This document shows, in pieces, positions 62,699-64,000 of a DNA stretch of 64,000 nt (its first letter is position 1; every line of letters starts with the position of its first letter). A model generated the notes under the pieces. That model ran no database searches and was not told where the DNA came from. It saw only the letters and a list, made by a program, of their open reading frames with translations. The stretch is taken from positions 2,666,001-2,730,000 of the forward strand of contig JAYWIR010000019.1 in assembly GCA_036172245.1 (NCBI GenBank), read 5' to 3'. This stretch comes from Raillietiella orientalis. Lineage: Eukaryota. Position numbers and translations under genes: made by a program.

Positions 62699-64000
62699 GT
62701 GAGTACCTGATTTTTTCATTACCTGGATGGGGCTAATGTTTATCATACGGTAACTTGAAAAATTTGGCTCACATTTATGAACGGTTGCCAATTATCAGTA
62801 TATGGTTACTGTATATTGTTCTGTACTGAGCTTTTATTTTTGCAAGTCCTTTGTCAGGAGTTATATAAATTGTACATTTAAATTAGGATTTTGAATACCT
62901 AGCGGAATGCATAGTATTTTTGTTTGGATATCTGTCTTTCAAGAAGACCCATCACAACTTGAAAAATATTAGAAAATGTATTACCAGAGCACACAGTGAA
63001 TAAAGTAATAGTAGTGAATTTGCAGTTTGTATTCCATAAATCAAGTTCATGTATCAGTTTGAGGTTTTTATCATCAATAAGTTCACAGCTTCTGTAGGAT
63101 TCAGCATTTATGTTTCAGTCTCTTCTTAATCTTTGGAGGGATTATCAATCCAAGAATGTAACTTCAGAAATTTGGACTTCCTCATAAAGAGTACTTCTGT
63201 TGAAGAGGAAAAACTGCTAATGATATTTCAATTCATTATAACTACAGAAATTAATGCAGCGTTTTAAATGCTACATTTTACATGTATTAGCAAATAATAT
63301 GCATCCATAAGAAGTTGTACAAATGGCTTATTGAAACTTGAGGTGAAGGCATGTCCTGGAAGGTTGAATTCAGTCATGCCAGTGCCAAATGGTGCAATAA
63401 ATTTCAGAATACACATATACTTTGAAAAAGAGCAAAAAGCAGTTATACATCCATGATAGTTCCACTGTTTGTTTCATAATGAAAGGCATGTGTGTAGAGA
63501 TTCTGATCGTACCTATCTGATCTTGACAATCTTCTTGGTCAGTGAAACATAGCATCTCTCAGACAAATGAGTTCTGGAATCCTAAAGCATATCGAAAATC
63601 TTGTTTGCTAGAAGTAAATTTCCTGCAAAAATATTCAAAAAAGAATGAAGTATTTCTGTTGATGTCTATAGGGAAATATTGCAATGCATTCAATAATTCT
63701 AACTGCTGGGAAACTCTCTAGAGTGTAGCATTGAGTAGTTACTTAAAGGCAATTTAATAACAACAAGAAACAGTTAAGCACATTCAGTCAAAGCATCAAC
63801 TCTTTAAAATAAATAGATCGAAGTATATTGTTTAAGCTTTTAAAATTTTTAGGGTTATTTCAAGAACACTGCACCTTGTTTGCATGGTATTATTTTCCAA
63901 ATACTGTTTACAAAGGGTTTGTAAGGTGAACTTACTGTTCTTCATGTTTTTATTCTTTCATGTCTGCGGACATTTTCTGTTGAAAACCCATAAAGATTGT

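Overview
Eukaryotic invertebrate genomic DNA, most likely arthropod, with many short introns of about 45-70 nt. Left end (1-6.1 kb, +): 3' two-thirds of an MRCK/genghis khan kinase gene in AT-rich DNA. 6.4-18.5 kb: a dense cluster of dead elements (Gypsy pol remnant, probable nad5 NUMT, L1/Tx1-like remnants, a perfect 28-bp palindrome, a mariner deletion derivative, a piggyBac left end and a full-length decayed Tigger/pogo). About 20.0-47.05 kb (-): one ~27-kb multi-exon gene encoding a strongly diverged SPAG17/PF6 axonemal central-pair protein. It sits in a GC/CpG-rich domain whose introns hold purine tracts, (CAT)n/(GAT)n repeats and LINE 5' ends; most ORF-track entries there are spurious. 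53.6-54.5 kb (-): intron-less, frameshifted DNAJA3/tid pseudogene, directly downstream of an ankyrin-repeat L-asparaginase (ASPG) gene (54.65-59.06 kb, -) that has a candidate in-frame splice into it. Right end: first coding exon of a VRK/ballchen kinase (+). All protein identifications come from recalled motifs, not database searches. I found no prokaryotic, CRISPR or viral system.
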